DNA from: Candidatus Marinacidobacterales bacterium
Lineage (GTDB): Bacteria > Acidobacteriota > Vicinamibacteria > Marinacidobacterales > SMYC01
Direction of reading: 5' to 3'
NCBI GenBank assembly: GCA_965224085.1
Contig: CBDCYI010000005.1
Coordinates: forward strand, 2,048,001-2,112,000
DNA: 64,000 nt
Under the pieces are notes generated by a model that saw nothing but the letters and a program-made list of their open reading frames with translations, did not search any database and had not been told where the DNA came from. Below, one piece after another: positions 59,961-64,000 of the stretch (positions within the stretch are counted from its first letter, which is position 1; each line of letters begins with the position of its first letter). The position numbers were made by a program, and so were the translations under genes.

Positions 59961-61650
59961 CTAGTTCCTGTCCAGAAACACCATAACTTGTGGTGTACGA
60001 GAGGCCTATCGAAGATGTGGGTATTATACGTTTTCAGTCGGCACCTCGTAGGCTCGGAAGCGAATGAAAATCTTGGACGAAACGAGAGGCGAATCGTCAG
60101 CAATCCATGGCTATAAACGCAGTAAGAGTAATCATTATTATCGTAATAGGTGCCTTGCCATTACCAACAGGTTGCAGGTGATGATGGAACTCCATACGTA
60201 GGATTTGAAAGAAGGCAATGAGCGCCATGTGCATCGGTCGAGACCAAAGACTCGTTTCAAGAACGAAATGACGCCTTCGATTCCGCAGCGAAATCGCCGT
60301 AGGCGTTGATAGACCCAGGAACTCTTGACCATATCGGTCACCGCGAAGTGAGCCTTGGTAAAGGCAACATCTTCAACTCCCTTGCCTTTGATGGCTTCCA
60401 AGTTTGCCTTTGAAGAAAACGCGCCATCGTAGGCAACCTGGCGCGGGGCCCGTTCGTAGAGTTCGACTTGACGGTCGATCATGGTTTCCGCGAGAGTTGA
60501 ATCGGACGGATTCCCATCCAAGATCACGCAATCCAAAATCATCGAGGACGAGCCACCAGTCAAACACACCTTGTGACCGTAGAGAGTCTCGCGCCGGTCT
60601 TTGCGAATAATGTCGGTGTGTTCTTCGAAGATCGAAACGACCTTTTCCTCCGCAGGCACACGCTCTTCATCAATCACTCTACGCCGAGTTTGGTTGATGA
60701 CTTTTTCGGTGAGGACGAGAAAGTGCTTAAAATCCGCGGCGATCTTCTCCGCACTCGCTCGCTTCACCGGCTCGGTCAAGCCGGACTCGTCCAACTGGTC
60801 TGCAACGCGTTGAGCGGAGCGATAGGTTTCTTCCGACACCTTCAGTAGATCTCGATAGACGCGACGCCTTTGTTCCTTATCCTTCGCGTTTAGAACTCCC
60901 AGTCGACGTCTCTTCGCTCGACGCGTTCGATTGCCGAAGACCACTACTGTACCCAGCAGTTCGCGAGTTCGGCACATGAGGCGAGTGAGAACTCGGACGC
61001 AGTCATAAAGAAGCTCGGAGTCCGTAGGAGAATGAATATTCGACTCCACTACCGTGCAGTCCACTCGTACTTTTCTTCCTTTTTCGATCGCGGTCTTCTC
61101 GGCAACACTCACCAACTCTCGGTTGATTTTCTCCAGCGTTTCGAACTTCACGGCTTTGATGTTTGCTGCTAGGGTCGACTTCGACGGGCTCGGCTCTATG
61201 ATGCCGAGCTGGCAAAACGTCCGATAGCTTCGAGAGTCTGCCAAGTGAAACGCCAGCTCCCGATAGGTGAACTGATTCAGCTGCTTGACCAACAACGCCC
61301 GGAGAACCTGCTCCGCGCTCATTCCCCCACGACCAACATCGCTCCCTGCCGATGGGGTGACCGACCTCAGGTCTTGCAGTACCAGCTCATTGAGCTTAGG
61401 ATGGGCATCGAGCAGCGATGATATCGTTTCGAGCTCGCGTGCGTGCTCCAGCTCCAGCCAGGGCTCGCGAAGGCTTGGTTGTGGGTTGATCGTTTTTCGC
61501 ATTTAGGGCTGGTCTCCTTTGGAGTTAAGTCGTTTAGAATCTGCGTTTTTGTCGACTCGATACTAAACGACACTCCCTCAGAAGGCTAGCCCTAAATTTG
61601 CGATTACCCCTTTTTTCTCAACCTCTTACACCTGTCAGGACGGGTACTAG
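59961..61650 (-). mobile_element. Insertion sequence A, copy 2 (tandem)
   Basis: 1690-bp period; differs from copy 1 at 61392 (G) versus 59702 (C). Confidence 0.9.
60138..61502 (-). CDS. ISNCY/IS5-like DDE transposase
   Basis: Protein identical to 58448-59812. Confidence 0.92.
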   Translation of the reverse strand: MRKTINPQPSLREPWLELEHARELETISSLLDAHPKLNELVLQDLRSVTPSAGSDVGRGGMSAEQVLRALLVKQLNQFTYRELAFHLADSRSYRTFCQLGIIEPSPSKSTLAANIKAVKFETLEKINRELVSVAEKTAIEKGRKVRVDCTVVESNIHSPTDSELLYDCVRVLTRLMCRTRELLGTVVVFGNRTRRAKRRRLGVLNAKDKEQRRRVYRDLLKVSEETYRSAQRVADQLDESGLTEPVKRASAEKIAADFKHFLVLTEKVINQTRRRVIDEERVPAEEKVVSIFEEHTDIIRKDRRETLYGHKVCLTGGSSSMILDCVILDGNPSDSTLAETMIDRQVELYERAPRQVAYDGAFSSKANLEAIKGKGVEDVAFTKAHFAVTDMVKSSWVYQRLRRFRCGIEGVISFLKRVFGLDRCTWRSLPSFKSYVWSSIITCNLLVMARHLLR

Positions 61651-61803
61651 CTAGAGCCTGTTGCAAAACGTAACCGCTTTCACCGTTGGTTTCAATCCGC
61701 GTCCAATCGGGCAGCTGACAGATCTGTGATTTGCCGGCGCCAAACGCGCCTGGATCGATCCGCAAGAATTTTCCCAACTATTTTGTATTTGGTCGTTTTT
61801 TTC

Positions 61804-61832
61804 TTGACTTGTAGCCTAAGGGATGATATTTA
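61804..61832 (+). promoter_or_regulatory. Sigma70-like promoter inside IS B
   Basis: TTGACT-17 nt-TATTAT. Confidence 0.6.
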
Positions 61833-61838
61833 TTAGGC

Positions 61839-63279
61839 GTTATAGGGACCGTTACCAGGCAGTCCGCCCTCTTCTACGTCAACTTCTCCAAACAGGCGTC
61901 GCTCATCAAGGATGATCTACTCGAACCCGTCGACACGCTCCTCGAGGACCCCGAGCTGATAGAACTGACGAGAGAATCGCTCGCTGGTCGTTTCCCGCTC
62001 TCACCGCGTACCGGCCGGGTGAGTATCGCGCCTGACCGCTTGCTCCGCAGCTGTGTACTCAAGCACATCAAAGGATGGTCCTTCCGAGTCCTCGAGCGGG
62101 AGATCCGTTCTAGCCTCGTGTATCGGCGCTTCACTCGCTTCGACGACGATTCGATTCCCAACTACTCCACATTCAGTCGCAACTTTTCCCTACTCGGTGA
62201 TGCGTTCGTAGAGAAAATCCATGCCCGTGTGGTCGCTCAGGCTCGAGACGAAAAGGTGGCTACGGGACGCAAGTTACGCACGGATACGACGGTAGTGGAG
62301 AGCAACATCCATTACCCCACAGATAGCTCACTGCTTGCCGATGGCATCCGGGTGCTCACCCGTAGTCTGAAGTGTATTGCAAAGGCTTGTGCTCAAGGTG
62401 CGCTCAAGGTGGTGGACCACAGCCGATCAACGAAAAACAGGCAGCTTGAGATCGACCGCGCCAGCAAGTCGTTCACCGAATCGAGCCAAGTCAAGTTCAA
62501 GCAAAGTTATCGCAAGCTCATGGGCACGGCGCGCAGCGTGGTCCGGCAAGCCGACGAGGTTATTCAGTCGCTCAAGAGCGGAAAGCTTCCGGTCGTGGGT
62601 TCGCTGGTGAGCATCATAAGCAATCAGAGCCAACTCGAACATTATCTGCCACTGTGCAAAAAGGTGTTAGCTCAGACAAAGGCCCGTGTTTTAGGGGGCC
62701 ATCGTCACCATCCGGACAAGATCGTCAGCCTGTTCGAGGAGCATACGGCCGTGATCCGAAAAGGCAAAACATGGAAGCCGACCGAGTTTGGACGACTCGT
62801 GCGAATTGATGAGGTGGAGAACGGCATTGTTAGCCACTACGAAGTTGCCGCAGGCAATCCGGCGGACCAAACTCAGTGGATGCCCGCGCTGGAGCAACAC
62901 AAAAAACAGTTCGCTCGTGCGCCGGAGATGGCGACCGCTGACCGCGGATTCTTTTCGGCAGACAATGAACGCAAGGCCATAGATCTCGGTGTAAAGAAAG
63001 TGGTGTTGCCGGCTCGAGGACGACCCTCGAAAAAACGAGCCAAGGTTCAAAAAAAGCGCTGGTTCCGTCGAGCCCTCAAGTGGCGCGGGGGCGTCGAGTC
63101 CCGCATCAGCACCCTCAAGCACCGCTTCGCTATGCTTCGCGCCACCTACAAGGGCGACCGAGGATTCAAGCGTTACGTCGGGTGGTGCGTTATCAGCCAA
63201 AACCTCATATCGATCGCTCGAGTCAAGCGGCGAAGAAAGGACAGCGAAAATGCCGAACCCTTCATTCCGATCCACGTAA
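61839..63279 (+). CDS. IS B DDE transposase (start and end inferred)
   Basis: RTDTTVVESNIHYPTDS.LL, GNPAD, TADRGF, R.GVESRIS.LK. The frame is open from 61827. Removing one C near 63258 brings TAA 63277 into frame. Confidence 0.8.
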
Positions 63280-63592
63280 ACGTCGGGACCAGCTCCTACA
63301 ACAGATTCAACAATATGCGCGAAGGGCGATCTTCGGCACACCCTCCGAAACCTATCGTACCTGCGGTACGCCCACTTGTCGGTGCCACGGGCCCGGGCCA
63401 AAGCATGGCCCTCACCTCTATATCAATTTTCGTGGCAAGCACGGCAAGACTACCGGCTACTATGTGCCCCAAGCCGCACACAAGCGTATCCGCGAAGGCG
63501 TCGCCGCATGGCAGAGCTTGCAGGTGTCGCGAGAACTCGCGGACATCAACAAGCAAAATACGCTCGACCGTGCCCGACAGGCGCGTTCCTAA
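63250..63592 (+). CDS. Small IS-associated Cys/His protein (DUF6788-like); apparent +1 error near 63258
   Basis: CGTPTCRCHGPGPKHGPHLY motif. ATG 63250 joins the frame after deleting one C (MPNLHSDPRKRRDQ...). Confidence 0.7.
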
Positions 63593-63676
63593 CAAGCAGT
63601 ACAACCAACGGCCTCACTCCTGTGCTCAAACAAATGAACGCCTTGACGCTAAACGGGCTTTTGCAACAGCCTCTAG

Positions 63677-64000
63677 CTAGTTCCTGTCCAGAAACACCAT
63701 AACTTGTGGTGTACGAGAGGCCTATCGAAGATGTGGGTATTATACGTTTTCAGTCGGCACCTCGTAGGCTCGGAAGCGAATGAAAATCTTGGACGAAACG
63801 AGAGGCGAATCGTCAGCAATCCATGGCTATAAACGCAGTAAGAGCAATCATTATTATCGTAATAGGTGCCTTGCCATTACCAACAGGTTGCAGGTGATGA
63901 TGGAACTCCATACGTAGGATTTGAAAGAAGGCAATGAGCGCCATGTGCATCGGTCGAGACCAAAGACTCGTTTCAAGAACGAAATGACGCCTTCGATTCC
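63677..64000 (-). mobile_element. Insertion sequence A, copy 3 (truncated by the window edge)
   Basis: Same start ctagttcctgtccagaaac; one substitution (C at 63845) relative to copies 1 and 2. Confidence 0.9.

Larger units (their letters stand above)
61651..63676 (+). mobile_element. ISNCY/IS5-like insertion sequence B
   Basis: TIRs ctagagcctgttgcaaaa / ttttgcaacagcctctag enclosing a transposase and a small Cys/His ORF. Confidence 0.9.

Noticed and set aside
63280-63680. C-terminal extension of the 553-aa IS B transposase ORF
   Set aside because: Explained by one extra C near 63258; the region encodes the separate Cys/His ORF in another frame.

Overview
GC-rich bacterial DNA. The gene content (carboxypeptidase-regulatory-domain TonB-dependent receptors, CRTAC1/ASPIC-UnbV and TPR proteins, PD40 fragments) suggests Acidobacteriota; this is inference. 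Bases 1-41 kb hold three paralogous modules, each a TonB-dependent receptor followed by an optional gamma-glutamyltransferase-like Ntn hydrolase, HxxEH M16 subunit(s) and a lipoprotein M16 partner. TPR and FG-GAP/CRTAC1 genes flank the modules. The hydrolases carry consistent substitutions at canonical catalytic positions. A 1195-codon FG-GAP/ASPIC-UnbV/redoxin/TPR gene is interrupted by one in-frame TGA, followed by a hairpin placed like the SECIS of the selenocysteine formate dehydrogenase in the same window, making it a candidate new selenoprotein. Bases 41-58 kb are a patchwork: DUF885/M20 and ABC peptide-transport genes (one with a precise 210-bp internal inversion), an IS1634 remnant, a formate dehydrogenase operon, small redox genes and gene fragments. 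Several frameshifts here look like homopolymer sequencing errors. The window ends in a tandem stack of CTAG-bounded ISNCY/IS5-like elements. Long CTAG-bounded hairpin elements follow two of the receptor genes. I saw no rRNA, tRNA or CRISPR array.
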